From a bacterium (GTDB lineage Bacteria; UBA8248): a DNA stretch of 64,000 nt. The position numbers and the translations under genes were made by a program. The stretch spans positions 3,104,001 to 3,168,000 of the forward strand of contig OZ241875.1 of NCBI GenBank assembly GCA_965203325.1, written 5' to 3'. The notes under the pieces were generated by a model. That model had not been told where the DNA came from. It ran no database searches and saw nothing but the letters and a program-made list of their open reading frames with translations. Below, one piece after another: positions 41,813 to 52,114 of the stretch. How positions within the stretch are numbered: the stretch's first letter is position 1; each line of letters starts with the position of its first letter.

Positions 41813-44754
41813 TGCAGAATACAAGGCCGGAATACACGTCCATAGCCGAACTCGCCGCTCGCTTCGGCGCATCCGTGCCCTGCGCCGCCAACCTGCCGGT
41901 CAAGCTCGACGACCCGGATAGTGTCTGGTTCATCGATCAGGGTGCCGTCAATCTGTTCCTGGTCGAATTCAAGGACGGGGTGGAGCAGGCGGCGCCACAG
42001 CATCTGTTGCGCCGGGAATCGGGCTGGTTGCTGCCGGGTGTCGCCCCGGATCAACGAGACGGTGACGAGGACACGACGCTCAGCCTCATTGCCAAGGGAC
42101 AGCCGGGCACCCTTCTGAAACGTCTGCCGGCTTCCTTGCTGTCTCAGGTTCGTTCATCGGAACTGGCGGAACAGGCCGATACCTGGCTGACCGCCATTAC
42201 GGAAACACTGTCGCGTTTTGCAAGCCCCCTTCCGCGTCCGACTGCGCTGGCCGAACCCGGTCTGACGCAGACCCTGGCCCCTTGTACGCTATCCGTACGC
42301 CGCGGGGTGGTATGGGTATCCGAACCGCCGCGCGGCGCAAGCCTGTTCATGGGTATTATCGACCCGGCGGAACTTGCGGAGGCGTGCGGGCCTCACGAAG
42401 CCGTTATTCCGCTGACGCGGACAAGCTGGCTCACCTTGTTCGACGAGGCGACGCTGACGGGCGAATCTACCGAAACACTGGCGGAGCAAGGCATGCTGCT
42501 GCCGGCGCTCGCCTCTTTTCACGCGGTTGCTTTCACTCTGGAACGCCTGAACCGCCGACTGGTCGTGGCCGATGACGTCAATCTCGAACGCGCGCGGACA
42601 ACCAGCCGCCGCACGGCCGAAAATGCCGCGCGGCAGCGGCTCTTCAATATCTATGACCTTCCGATTGACCGGGATGCCGGTATCGAGGACACGGCGCTGG
42701 CGGATGCCCTGCAACTCATCGGGGACCATGAAGGAATCGATTTCAAGATACCGGCTCGCTCGGCACTTTCCGATTCTCCGGTCGGCCTCGTCGACGTTCT
42801 CGATGCGTCCGGCGTACGCGCCCGGCGCGTGCGGTTCAAAGCCGAGGGCAGCTGGTGGCGCGGCGACAGCAACGCGATGCTGGCATTCCGCGCCGAGGAC
42901 GGCCGCCCCGTGGCGCTGCTGCCGGGAATGTTCGGGCGATACCGGGAAATCGACCCGGTCAGCAAACGCCGCCTCCGGGTGACGGCGGACCGCGCGGGCG
43001 CGCTGAAAGAGGAGGCCTGGATGTTCTATCGGCCATTGCCGCCGGAGGACGTGAAACCGAAAGACCTGCTGGGAATGGCCCTGCACGGATCGGGCGCGGA
43101 TTTGGCGCGGCTGGTCATTTCCGGGCTTCCATACGGCTTGATCAACCTGCTGCCGGCGCTCGCGCTCGGGTTCGTTGCGAATCAAATTTTGGCGGGCGGA
43201 AGCGCAGAAGCGCTCTATGCCGTTGCCGTGGCGGTAGCAGCGTTCGGCCTGCTCGGCGCACTGCTGCACCTGTTTCAAAGCACGGCGATGATGCGGCTCG
43301 AGGGGCGCTCGGCATCCCGGCTCGAAGCCGCCTTCTGGGATCGTCTCATGCGCCTTCCGCCAAGCATTCTGCACCGCCATCCGGCCGGCGATCTGGCAAC
43401 CTCGGGAATGACGTTCCAGAATCTTCGCGACGGCTTGCGGGGGGTCGTCGCCGACAGTTTTCTGTCGCTCATTTTTCTGCTTCCGGTTTTCGGCGTCATT
43501 TTCTTCTACGACGCCACCCTCGGCCTCATCACCCTCGTCTTCAGCCTGGCTTCGCTGCTGGTCACCGTAGTCCTCGGGTTGCGCCAGATTCCACCTTATG
43601 GGCGTATGATCAGCGCAGCACGCCGCGTAGCCGGTCGACTGTTCCAGATCGTGGGAGGCATCTCCAAGCTGCGAATGGATAATGCGGAAGGGTCGGCTTA
43701 CGCCATCTGGGCGAAGGATTATCGTGAGCAGAAACGCGCGGAGATCGATCTGAGCGCGTTTGAGGGGCATTCGCGGGCGTTCGGCGCCGCGCTCCCTTTT
43801 CTGGCCGGCGGGGTACTGCTTTTTGCGGTGGCGTCGGCGGGAGACCGGAACATTCCGGTCGGCGATTTTCTCGTCGTTTACACGGTCTTTCTCGTTTTCC
43901 AGTCCTCCATCGCCCGGCTCGGTGAGTCCTTCGGCGCCATTGCCGCCATGCGGCCCGCGTTCGAGCAGATGGGCCCGCTGCTCTCCGCCGTTCCTGAAAC
44001 CGTGACGGAAGGAGAGCCGGTGGAATACCTGGGCGGTGAAATACTGTTCGACCGCATTTCCTTCCGCTACGACCCCGACGGTCCGTTGATTCTCGACGAC
44101 GTCACGATTCGCGCCCGTCCCGGCGAATTCGTTGCGATTGCCGGTGAGTCCGGCGCCGGCAAGAGCACCCTGTTCCGGCTCGCACTCGGCATTGACTGCC
44201 CGACCGCCGGTGCGGTGTATTACGACGGACGCGACCTGAGGCATCTGAATCTGAAGCAGGTGCGCCGGAAAATCGGCGCGGTGCCCCAATCCGTCGGACT
44301 CCATCCGCAAGATCTCTGGGACAATCTGGTCTCTCACCATGATGAAGTGGCGACGGAGGAGGTATGGGATGCGGTCCGGACCGCCGAAGTCGAAGCCCAG
44401 GTCAGGGACATGCCCATGGGCATGATGACCATGGTGGGCGCCAGCGGGTCCGTCCTCTCAGGCGGCGAGAGCCAGCGCATCACAATCGCCCGCTCGATAA
44501 TCGGCAGCCCTCGAATCATGTTGCTGGACGAGGCGACCAACTGGCTGGACAACGAAAGCCAGGCCAGGGTCATGGAGAACCTCGCCGCCCTGACTTCCAC
44601 CCGGCTCATCATTGCCCACCGGCTGTCCACGCTGGAACAGGCCGACCGCATCTACGTGCTGCAGGCCGGAAAAGTCGTGCAAAGCGGTTCCTTCGATGAA
44701 CTCAAGGAAGTCGACGGGGTATTCAAGGAATTGATCAAAAGGCAAATCGCTTGA
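41812..44754 (+). CDS. NHLP bacteriocin export ABC transporter permease/ATPase, second subunit (no active peptidase)
   Basis: ASGVR.R.V.....WW..D, PVALLP, A.WDRL.RLP, GESGAGKST, LSGGE.QR, LDEAT. Confidence 0.9.
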   Translation: MQNTRPEYTSIAELAARFGASVPCAANLPVKLDDPDSVWFIDQGAVNLFLVEFKDGVEQAAPQHLLRRESGWLLPGVAPDQRDGDEDTTLSLIAKGQPGTLLKRLPASLLSQVRSSELAEQADTWLTAITETLSRFASPLPRPTALAEPGLTQTLAPCTLSVRRGVVWVSEPPRGASLFMGIIDPAELAEACGPHEAVIPLTRTSWLTLFDEATLTGESTETLAEQGMLLPALASFHAVAFTLERLNRRLVVADDVNLERARTTSRRTAENAARQRLFNIYDLPIDRDAGIEDTALADALQLIGDHEGIDFKIPARSALSDSPVGLVDVLDASGVRARRVRFKAEGSWWRGDSNAMLAFRAEDGRPVALLPGMFGRYREIDPVSKRRLRVTADRAGALKEEAWMFYRPLPPEDVKPKDLLGMALHGSGADLARLVISGLPYGLINLLPALALGFVANQILAGGSAEALYAVAVAVAAFGLLGALLHLFQSTAMMRLEGRSASRLEAAFWDRLMRLPPSILHRHPAGDLATSGMTFQNLRDGLRGVVADSFLSLIFLLPVFGVIFFYDATLGLITLVFSLASLLVTVVLGLRQIPPYGRMISAARRVAGRLFQIVGGISKLRMDNAEGSAYAIWAKDYREQKRAEIDLSAFEGHSRAFGAALPFLAGGVLLFAVASAGDRNIPVGDFLVVYTVFLVFQSSIARLGESFGAIAAMRPAFEQMGPLLSAVPETVTEGEPVEYLGGEILFDRISFRYDPDGPLILDDVTIRARPGEFVAIAGESGAGKSTLFRLALGIDCPTAGAVYYDGRDLRHLNLKQVRRKIGAVPQSVGLHPQDLWDNLVSHHDEVATEEVWDAVRTAEVEAQVRDMPMGMMTMVGASGSVLSGGESQRITIARSIIGSPRIMLLDEATNWLDNESQARVMENLAALTSTRLIIAHRLSTLEQADRIYVLQAGKVVQSGSFDELKEVDGVFKELIKRQIA

Positions 44755-44829
44755 TTCGGATACGCAGATAGCAACCCGGCGGCAAAAATGCGCGTCCGGC
44801 CGGATCCTGCGAAAATGGAGTAGCCGTCC

Positions 44830-46131
44830 ATGAAGAAACCCTTTGACGCAGCGGATTCCCTTGTGTCGCGGGCCGGCGAGGACGACGACTTCAGGGAGCG
44901 TCTTCTCGCCAAACCCAAAGAGACCATCGAAGCGGAATTCGGCGTGACGATGGCCGAAGGCCACGAGATTCACGTGCACGAAGACACCTATGCCGAGACG
45001 CACCTCGTCCTTCCGCCGCGCAGCAAATTCACCGAGGCGGAACGGGAGGAGGCGAGAACCGGTGCGGAATCTCTCGATTTCCTTCGCAAAACCATGCACG
45101 ACCCCGCGCCGCCCCTCCGTCCGCCCGTCGTTCAGGGGGAGATGGCCCCGAAGGCCGCCGCCACCGCCGAGGCGCTTGCGAAAGCGGGCAGAGAAGCCAT
45201 CCGCCGCGGTCTCGATTTCCTGGAATCCACGATAGACGAAAACGGCGCTTGGCACTGCATCCGGTTCAACGTGGCCGATCCGGAGGTGCCGCGGCATTTC
45301 GAAAGACCTCCCTTCGTATCGGCTTTCTGCGTCCTCGCCCTGGAATGCTGCGAGGAAGCGCGCGCCAGGGCCATCTGCGCCGCGAGCAGGGCGTATCTCG
45401 CCGACACGGTCGAATATCCCGGATTCTGGCGCTATTACCGCCATCTGCCCCCGGATCTCGACAGCACCGCACTGTGTTCACTCGTGATTGGCGCTCATCC
45501 CTGGATTTTGCTGGGGAGGAACGTTCCGCGGATACTGGCGAACCGCGACGAGGAAGGCCGCTTCATGACCTGGGTTCTCGAAGACGACGAACCCGATGTC
45601 GTGTCGCCCTTTCGCATCGAAGCCGACCCCGTGGTCAATGCGAACGTCATCGCCTGTCTCGGCGGCCACCCTGAAACCAAAGATGCCCGGCGATGGCTGG
45701 AAGCCCTGATAACCGAGGGCAATCTCGCGGGCTCCTCCAAATGGTATCCCGACGAGGTCGCCATCTATTATGCGGCCGCCCGCGCCATGGTCCGCGCACG
45801 GCCCGCTCTCGATCGGCTGCGCCCGGTACTGGCGGAGCGCATCCTGGGCTTGCGGGACGAGGAGGGGGATTTCGGCAATATCCTCCAAACGGCGCAGGCC
45901 GTCTCGGCGCTCCACCACGCGGGACGCCTCGACAGCATCGACGCGAAGCGCATGGTGGAGAGGTTCACGGGTTCGCAGCGTGAGGACGGTAGCTGGCCGG
46001 AACTCCTCGCGTTCGGCGACCAGACGCTGAAGTGGGGCGCGGTAGGGCAGATAGGGCATGGCTCCGAAGCCCTGACCACGGCGTTTTGCATCGAAGCACT
46101 CGAGCGTCTCGTCGCAGTCTTGGGGGCCTGA
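44830..46131 (+). CDS. NHLP-leader domain fused to a prenyltransferase/squalene-hopene cyclase-like alpha/alpha barrel
   Basis: N-terminal D.DFRERLL..PK..IE...G.......I.VHE......HLVLPP; PPDLDSTA; QW-like repeats ENGAW, RDEEGRF, RDEEGDF, SQREDGSW. Confidence 0.8.
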   Translation: MKKPFDAADSLVSRAGEDDDFRERLLAKPKETIEAEFGVTMAEGHEIHVHEDTYAETHLVLPPRSKFTEAEREEARTGAESLDFLRKTMHDPAPPLRPPVVQGEMAPKAAATAEALAKAGREAIRRGLDFLESTIDENGAWHCIRFNVADPEVPRHFERPPFVSAFCVLALECCEEARARAICAASRAYLADTVEYPGFWRYYRHLPPDLDSTALCSLVIGAHPWILLGRNVPRILANRDEEGRFMTWVLEDDEPDVVSPFRIEADPVVNANVIACLGGHPETKDARRWLEALITEGNLAGSSKWYPDEVAIYYAAARAMVRARPALDRLRPVLAERILGLRDEEGDFGNILQTAQAVSALHHAGRLDSIDAKRMVERFTGSQREDGSWPELLAFGDQTLKWGAVGQIGHGSEALTTAFCIEALERLVAVLGA

Positions 46132-46213
46132 AATTTCTTGCAGGTCAAGGCGCTCGGGGATAAAATATCTTCCGGTCCAAGGGACACGATATGACTACCT
46201 TTGAGGAGCTGAC

Positions 46214-48610
46214 ATGCCACAAAGCCCGGTTGTAGGTGGTGGCTCCGATTCGAGCAACGCCGGCGCCGCTCAGCCTATCGAGCCGTCCATCCTGACCGCC
46301 ATTCCGCATTATCTGCCGTTGGTCGTTTTTCCGCTGATTCTTCTCGGCGCGCTCTATGGCGGCTGGTGGCTGTTGCCGCCGCTCGTCTTTATGAGTCTGG
46401 CCGGGGCGCTCGATCGGGCGCTGGGCCGGGACGGACAAACCATGGATCCGGTGAAAACGCCGGAACACCGCCTGTTCTGGCACAATCTGCCGGTCTGGTC
46501 GTGGTCGTTTCTGTGGCCGCCGACGCTCGTTTTCGGTATGTGGCAAATCCTGGCGGCGGATCAATTCTCATGGTGGGAAGGCGTGCTCCTGGCGGTCATC
46601 CTGACGATGGAAGCGCAAGCCGTGTTCGTCGTCGGCCACGAGATGATTCATCGGCGCACGACCTGGGAGCGCCGGGTCGGCGAGTTCCTGCTCGCCTCCG
46701 TCTCCTATCCGCAGTACGCGACGGAACACGTCTATATCCACCATGCCCTGGTCGGCACGCCCTACGACGTGGGTTCCGCCCCGAAGGGGGAGAGTTTCTG
46801 GAAGTATTTCCCCAAGGAAGTCGTCAGCAACCTCGTCCATTCCTGGGAAGTCGCGGGAGAACGCCTGGCGCGGCGCCGTCTGCCCGTCTGGCATTACGAC
46901 AATCCGTTCTGGCGCTACGCGATAGGCGTCGCGTTCTGGTACGCGCTGGTGTACTGGATGGGCGGGATCTGGGCCGTTCCGGTCTTTATCTTCCTCGGCC
47001 TGTCCTGCGTCTTTTCGATGAAGATGAGCAACTACTTTCAGCACTACGGCCTGCGGCGGGTCCGCCTGGAGAACGGTCGCTGGGAAAAGGCGATGCCGCG
47101 CCATTCCTGGAGCGCCGACTGGAAGTTCAGCAACTGGATGTTTTTCAACATGCAGCGTCATGCGGACCATCACGCGGTGGCGTCGCGCCAGTATCCCCTG
47201 CTGCAGGTCAGCGGCCTCGATGAGTCGCCGGAACTGCCGGGAACCTACGCCGACATGATGAACATCGTGCTGCGGCCCAAGCGCTGGTTCGAGAAGATGG
47301 ACCCGCTGGTGGACCAGTGGCGCGAGCATTTCTATCCGGATATCGACGACTGGAGCCCCTACGACAGCCCGATTGCCGCGGCGCGGCCCGACGCCTTCGA
47401 CGCGATACTCGAGATATTCGGCGCCGCCCCGCGGCTCGCGAAATGGATTGAGCGGAATCCGGAGCTTCTGGATAACCTGCAGGACCAGGAATTCCTCGAT
47501 CTCGACCTGCCGAAAGGGTTCGGGCCGGATGCGGAATACGAAGCGATTGCGCGGCGCGGGCTGGCGAGAGTCTACTGGACGTACGAAATGGACGTTCCGG
47601 AATTGAAGGGTCTGGTCGCCGAACTGCCGGTGGCCGACGCGAGGGAAACCGCCGAGATTGTGCGGAACTGGTCGAACGACAAGGCGTTTCAGATCGGCAT
47701 GCACGTCATGCGCGGAAACCTGCTGCCGGCGGAAGCGAGTACGGCGCTCTCGAATCTCGCCGAAGCATCGATTTCGACCGTGCTCGCCTCCGTGGTCGCG
47801 GATTACGTCGACCGCTTCGGGACGCTCAGCGTGGGCGGCGTCGCCGCCGTTTTCCTGGGCGATCTGGCCAGCCGGGAAGCATACCCCGGCGTTGGAATCG
47901 AAATGCTGATCCTACACAACGGCCGTCAGTCCGGCGAAAATGAACGCATGTTCGGGAGCTTCCGAAAGTCGCTGAGCGACCTGTCGCAGGACAGCCTGTT
48001 GTTCTCCCCGGTCCCGCACGGCTCGAATTCCATTCCTGCGTTGACGCTTTCCGATCTGGCCGAGAGTTTCGGAAATTCGACTTCCGGCGAGGTTCCCGCC
48101 CTCACCAGGGCGCGTTGCGCCTTCGAGTATGAAGGTTCCGATATCGCAGACCGCTTCGAGGAGGCGCGGCGCCGGATACTGACCGAATACAGCGCGAACA
48201 GGTCTTTGCCCGACTGGTTGCGCGAGTGGACCGAAGAGGGCGCCGAAAAAAACGTGTCCGCATACGCCCGGATGCGCGGCGGGCTGAACGATGTCGAGAA
48301 GGCCGCGCGCTACCTGCAGTTGGAGCGCGGCGGAAGCTTCCTCGACGACCCGGCGCCGAGCGCTGCGGCGGTGTTCGATGCCGCCGGCGCCGAACCGCTG
48401 GCGCAAGCCGCGGTCATGTGGCGGGATTTGCAGGGCGTCATGCGCCTCGTCGGCGAGGAAGGGTTCGACGCGGCGGCGGGGGGGACGAAGGTCAAATCCC
48501 TGATTGCGAACGCTTGCGGGCAGGAGGATTTCGATGTGCTGGCGTCGGCGGTCACCGAAACCGCATCCGTCGCCGCCGCCCGGATCGATACGCTTTTTTC
48601 GCGCACATAA
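46214..48610 (+). CDS. AlkB/fatty-acid-desaturase-type di-iron membrane enzyme fused to a degenerate GlnE-like nucleotidyltransferase domain
   Basis: His boxes HEMIHR, EHVYIHH, NYFQHYG, QRHADHH; C-half LSNLAE, RGGL.DVE..A.YLQL. Confidence 0.82.
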   Translation: MPQSPVVGGGSDSSNAGAAQPIEPSILTAIPHYLPLVVFPLILLGALYGGWWLLPPLVFMSLAGALDRALGRDGQTMDPVKTPEHRLFWHNLPVWSWSFLWPPTLVFGMWQILAADQFSWWEGVLLAVILTMEAQAVFVVGHEMIHRRTTWERRVGEFLLASVSYPQYATEHVYIHHALVGTPYDVGSAPKGESFWKYFPKEVVSNLVHSWEVAGERLARRRLPVWHYDNPFWRYAIGVAFWYALVYWMGGIWAVPVFIFLGLSCVFSMKMSNYFQHYGLRRVRLENGRWEKAMPRHSWSADWKFSNWMFFNMQRHADHHAVASRQYPLLQVSGLDESPELPGTYADMMNIVLRPKRWFEKMDPLVDQWREHFYPDIDDWSPYDSPIAAARPDAFDAILEIFGAAPRLAKWIERNPELLDNLQDQEFLDLDLPKGFGPDAEYEAIARRGLARVYWTYEMDVPELKGLVAELPVADARETAEIVRNWSNDKAFQIGMHVMRGNLLPAEASTALSNLAEASISTVLASVVADYVDRFGTLSVGGVAAVFLGDLASREAYPGVGIEMLILHNGRQSGENERMFGSFRKSLSDLSQDSLLFSPVPHGSNSIPALTLSDLAESFGNSTSGEVPALTRARCAFEYEGSDIADRFEEARRRILTEYSANRSLPDWLREWTEEGAEKNVSAYARMRGGLNDVEKAARYLQLERGGSFLDDPAPSAAAVFDAAGAEPLAQAAVMWRDLQGVMRLVGEEGFDAAAGGTKVKSLIANACGQEDFDVLASAVTETASVAAARIDTLFSRT

Positions 48611-48643
48611 AACGCGCCGGCCGAGCAGACGCGGAAACCCCGG

Positions 48644-50962
48644 ATGCCAACCCAGACGAAACGGAATCCCCCACGCGGGATATTGACGAAAACGACGCCT
48701 GCGGACCAGGGCCTCGTCGAGCTCCCCGCGCTCACCCCGCACCTGCAGTTCCGCGAAATCGACGAACGGCAGACGCTGCTGGTTTCCGAGTCGTTCGATA
48801 CGCTGCTGCACGGCGGCCTGTATGGCGATCTGCTGCCGCTTCTCGACGGCCGTCACCCGCATAACGAGATCGCCGCCGCCCTCGATGGCCGCCACCCCGC
48901 CGCCGATGTTCACGCGGCGATTGTTTCGCTCTCCGCCAGAGGCTATGTCGTCTCCGCCGATCATGGCATGGAACGGCCCCGGGCGGCCTACTGGTCGTCG
49001 CTCGGCGCATCGCCCCGCTGGGTCGAAGGGCGGCTGGCGCAGTCGCGAGTCGCGGTCGAAGGTGACGACGGCCGCCTCGTCCGGCACCTGGAAGAGGCCG
49101 GCATCGATATGGCGACCGGCGACCCCAAGCTCACCGTTGTCGTCTGCGAGGATTATCTCGACACACGGCTTGCAGAGGTGAACCGGCGCGCGCTCGAGGC
49201 GGGAGCGCCGTGGATGCTGGTGCGCCCGCGCGGAATGGAGGCGCTGTTCGGGCCCGTCTTTCGCGCGGATAAAGAAGGGCCCTGCTGGGAGTGCCTGGCT
49301 TGCCGCCTGCGCTGCCATAAGGAGGTCCACAATTTCCTGCGCAACTTCGCCGGTGAGGAAGCCGCCTTCAAGCCGTTCGCCGCCGAGTCCGGGGTCCTGG
49401 AGTCGCTGTACGGAATGATCGCGGCGGAGATCGTCAAATGGCTGGTGCTGGATGAGGCGGCCCCGATTCACGAGAACGCGATAGCGATGAACCTCGCCGC
49501 GTTCGAAAGTTCCAGGCATCCGGTGATGCGCCGCCCGCAGTGCCCCGCCTGCGGCGATGAGTCGCTCTATCGGCCGGACCGGCCGCCGGCGCCGCTTTGT
49601 CTGAGAGCGAGTCCCAAAACCCATCGCAACAGCGGCGGCGCGCGGGCCGTGACGCCCGAAGCGACCCTGGCGAAATACCGCCACCTGGTGAGCCCTGTCG
49701 GCGGGGTCGTTACATGGCTCGCGCGCACGACCGATGAGAGCGACTCCTGGCTGCACGTCTATTGGGCCGGGAGCAACCCCGGGGCGAGAAGCCGGAGCCT
49801 GAGTTCGCTCAGGCGCAGTTTGCGCAGCAAGAGCGCGGGCAAGGGCAGCACGCGGGAACAATCCGAGGCCAGCGCCCTGTGCGAGGCTATCGAGCGTTAC
49901 TCGGGCGCCTGGTGCGGAGACGAAATCTGCATCCGCAGGCGGTTCAACGACCTGGCTGCGGAAGAGGCGGCAATCCATCCCAACGATGTGCAGTTGTTCA
50001 GCGATTATCAGCTCGACAACGCGGAGAGCATCAACGCGAAAGGCCACCCGTACAACATCGTCCCGCCGCGTCTCGACCCCGATGCCGAAATCGACTGGAC
50101 CCCGGTCTGGTCGTTCACGCAGCGGCGGCATCGCTATCTGCCGACGTCGATGCTCTACAGCATGTCTCCCGAAGGGCGCGGCGGCGCCGATCTGATTGCC
50201 GACTCCAACGGCTGCGCCGCGGGGAACACCCTGGAGGAGGCCATCCTGCAGGGCTTCTATGAACTGGTCGAGCGCGATGCGTTCGCCATCTGGTGGTATA
50301 ACCGACTGAGAGCGCCCGGGGTCGATCTTTGCGGCTTTGACGACGAATTCCTCGCCTCGGCCGCGGGGTACTACGGCCGCTGCGAGCGGGAAGTGTGGAT
50401 GCTCGACGTTACCTCCGATATCGGGATTCCTTCGTTCGTCGCGCTATCGCGCAGACCGGACGCGGACACCGAGGACATCATATACGGCGCAGGCGCCCAT
50501 GCCGACCCGCGGCTGGCGGCCCTGCGCGCGGTTTGCGAGCTGAACCAGTGCCTTACCTGGCTGCCGCGTCCCGGCGGGGGCGACGGCAAGCCCATGATCG
50601 ACGATCCGCTGGCGCTCAGTTGGTGGAAGACGGCTCGACTTGCCGATTGTTCCTGGCTGGCGCCGGCACCGGACGCGCCGCTCAGGCAAGGCTCGCACTA
50701 TCCGGTGATCGAATCGGCGGACACGCGCGACGACGTGGAGCATTGCCGGGCGTTGGTGGAAGCCAAAGACATGGAGTTCCTCGTGCTGGACCAGACCCGG
50801 CCGGACATCGGGATGCCGGTTGCGCGGGTCATCGTGCCGGGCATGCGCCATTTCTGGGCGAGATTCGCGCCCGGGCGCCTCTACGACGCGCCCCTCGACA
50901 TGGGACGCCGCGAACACCCCCTGGCCGAAGCTGATTTGAATCCCGCGCCCGTGATCGCGTAA
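48644..50962 (+). CDS. srpC: Fused leader-binding (E1-like)/YcaO cyclodehydratase
   Basis: GP.F......CWECL..RL, RRPQCPACG, SAGKG, SALCEAIERYS, SNGCAAG, ELVERDA, RAVCEL, RVIVPGM, C-terminal NPAP. Confidence 0.92.
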   Translation: MPTQTKRNPPRGILTKTTPADQGLVELPALTPHLQFREIDERQTLLVSESFDTLLHGGLYGDLLPLLDGRHPHNEIAAALDGRHPAADVHAAIVSLSARGYVVSADHGMERPRAAYWSSLGASPRWVEGRLAQSRVAVEGDDGRLVRHLEEAGIDMATGDPKLTVVVCEDYLDTRLAEVNRRALEAGAPWMLVRPRGMEALFGPVFRADKEGPCWECLACRLRCHKEVHNFLRNFAGEEAAFKPFAAESGVLESLYGMIAAEIVKWLVLDEAAPIHENAIAMNLAAFESSRHPVMRRPQCPACGDESLYRPDRPPAPLCLRASPKTHRNSGGARAVTPEATLAKYRHLVSPVGGVVTWLARTTDESDSWLHVYWAGSNPGARSRSLSSLRRSLRSKSAGKGSTREQSEASALCEAIERYSGAWCGDEICIRRRFNDLAAEEAAIHPNDVQLFSDYQLDNAESINAKGHPYNIVPPRLDPDAEIDWTPVWSFTQRRHRYLPTSMLYSMSPEGRGGADLIADSNGCAAGNTLEEAILQGFYELVERDAFAIWWYNRLRAPGVDLCGFDDEFLASAAGYYGRCEREVWMLDVTSDIGIPSFVALSRRPDADTEDIIYGAGAHADPRLAALRAVCELNQCLTWLPRPGGGDGKPMIDDPLALSWWKTARLADCSWLAPAPDAPLRQGSHYPVIESADTRDDVEHCRALVEAKDMEFLVLDQTRPDIGMPVARVIVPGMRHFWARFAPGRLYDAPLDMGRREHPLAEADLNPAPVIA

Positions 50963-50971
50963 GGAAGCCAT

Positions 50972-52090
50972 ATGGATATCGACGAAGCAATCACGCTTAC
51001 CCAGGACCGTCTCGCCGAAGAAGGCGGCGCCATGGGAGATTTGCTCGGGCGCTTTCGGGGCAGGATTTCACCGGTTCTGATCGGAGATCCGGGGTGGGAG
51101 CGCATACTCGAATGCGCCGGGAAACTCCCAATCACCATGGGCGCCCAGCCGTTCGGTTTCGAGCTGCCTCTGCATGACGCTCGACCGGTGGCGGATTTCG
51201 GCGTCTCGCTGGCGAGCGGAAACCGCTCGGGTGATTTTTTCGAAGAGCGGGCGCGGACCGACGAGACGGACGAGACCGCGAGAGCGGTCGGGCGGCTGTT
51301 CCGGGAAATGGAAGCTCCGAACTCGCCCCTGCGGGAGATTGTGGGACGCAAGTTGATGCTGGAATACGACATAGATTCCGCGCCGGGCGGTAACAATCCG
51401 CTTCCCGGAATGTTCCTGCGGCCCAACGAGCGCACGTTATACGGCGGCGCAGGCCTCCAGAATGATATCGGAATCGTGGTGGACGCCCTCGTTTCCTGCG
51501 TCGGCTGGGAAAGGAATGCCGCTGAACGGGAAAACGCCGAACGGGTTTATCTGGCCCAGCCCGAAGACACGCGCCTGGATTCGTTCGGGGTATTCCCGTC
51601 CCGGGAACGCACAATCCGCCTGGCGATCATGGACTTCAAATCGCAGGGGGAAGTATGCCGCTATCTTGAAAACACGGGTTGGCCGGGTGATATATCGGCC
51701 GTCGAGTCCGTGATTTCACGCTTCCGGGAACGCGCGGATATCGTCAGAACCGGATTGAATATCGACGTGCGCGAAGAGGGTGTCGGTCCGGCGCTCGGCC
51801 TGACGCTTATCGTCAAACACAGATATACGAAAGATTCACGTTCTTGGCTCGACGGCCTGACCGATTGGGACGCATTTCTGGAAGCCTTGCGCCATGAGGA
51901 CCTTGTCGTTCCGGAGAAGGTTGAGGCGCTTGCCGAGTGGGTTTCAAAACCGACGACGCTTTTTGCCAAATCCGGGCCATTTTTACTGTTGCGGGGCATT
52001 CACCACATCAAGCTGGTCATATCCGGAGATCGGCTCAGGCAGGTCAAGGCCTATGTGTTCATGGTGCTTTCCGGAGCGGTCTCGGTTTGA
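50972..52090 (+). CDS. Hypothetical RiPP-cluster protein, possible ABBA-type prenyltransferase
   Basis: Co-operonic with YcaO; FGFE.PL.....ADF, LMLEYD, HHIKL....KAY; fold assignment is inference only. Confidence 0.55.
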   Translation: MDIDEAITLTQDRLAEEGGAMGDLLGRFRGRISPVLIGDPGWERILECAGKLPITMGAQPFGFELPLHDARPVADFGVSLASGNRSGDFFEERARTDETDETARAVGRLFREMEAPNSPLREIVGRKLMLEYDIDSAPGGNNPLPGMFLRPNERTLYGGAGLQNDIGIVVDALVSCVGWERNAAERENAERVYLAQPEDTRLDSFGVFPSRERTIRLAIMDFKSQGEVCRYLENTGWPGDISAVESVISRFRERADIVRTGLNIDVREEGVGPALGLTLIVKHRYTKDSRSWLDGLTDWDAFLEALRHEDLVVPEKVEALAEWVSKPTTLFAKSGPFLLLRGIHHIKLVISGDRLRQVKAYVFMVLSGAVSV

Positions 52091-52114
52091 GAGCTACCCT
52101 GGCAAAATAAAGCA

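Noticed and set aside
44830..45060. Second stand-alone precursor or nitrile hydratase alpha subunit
   Set aside because: The frame continues for 433 aa into an enzyme domain; there is no Cys-rich core and no CxxCSC metal motif
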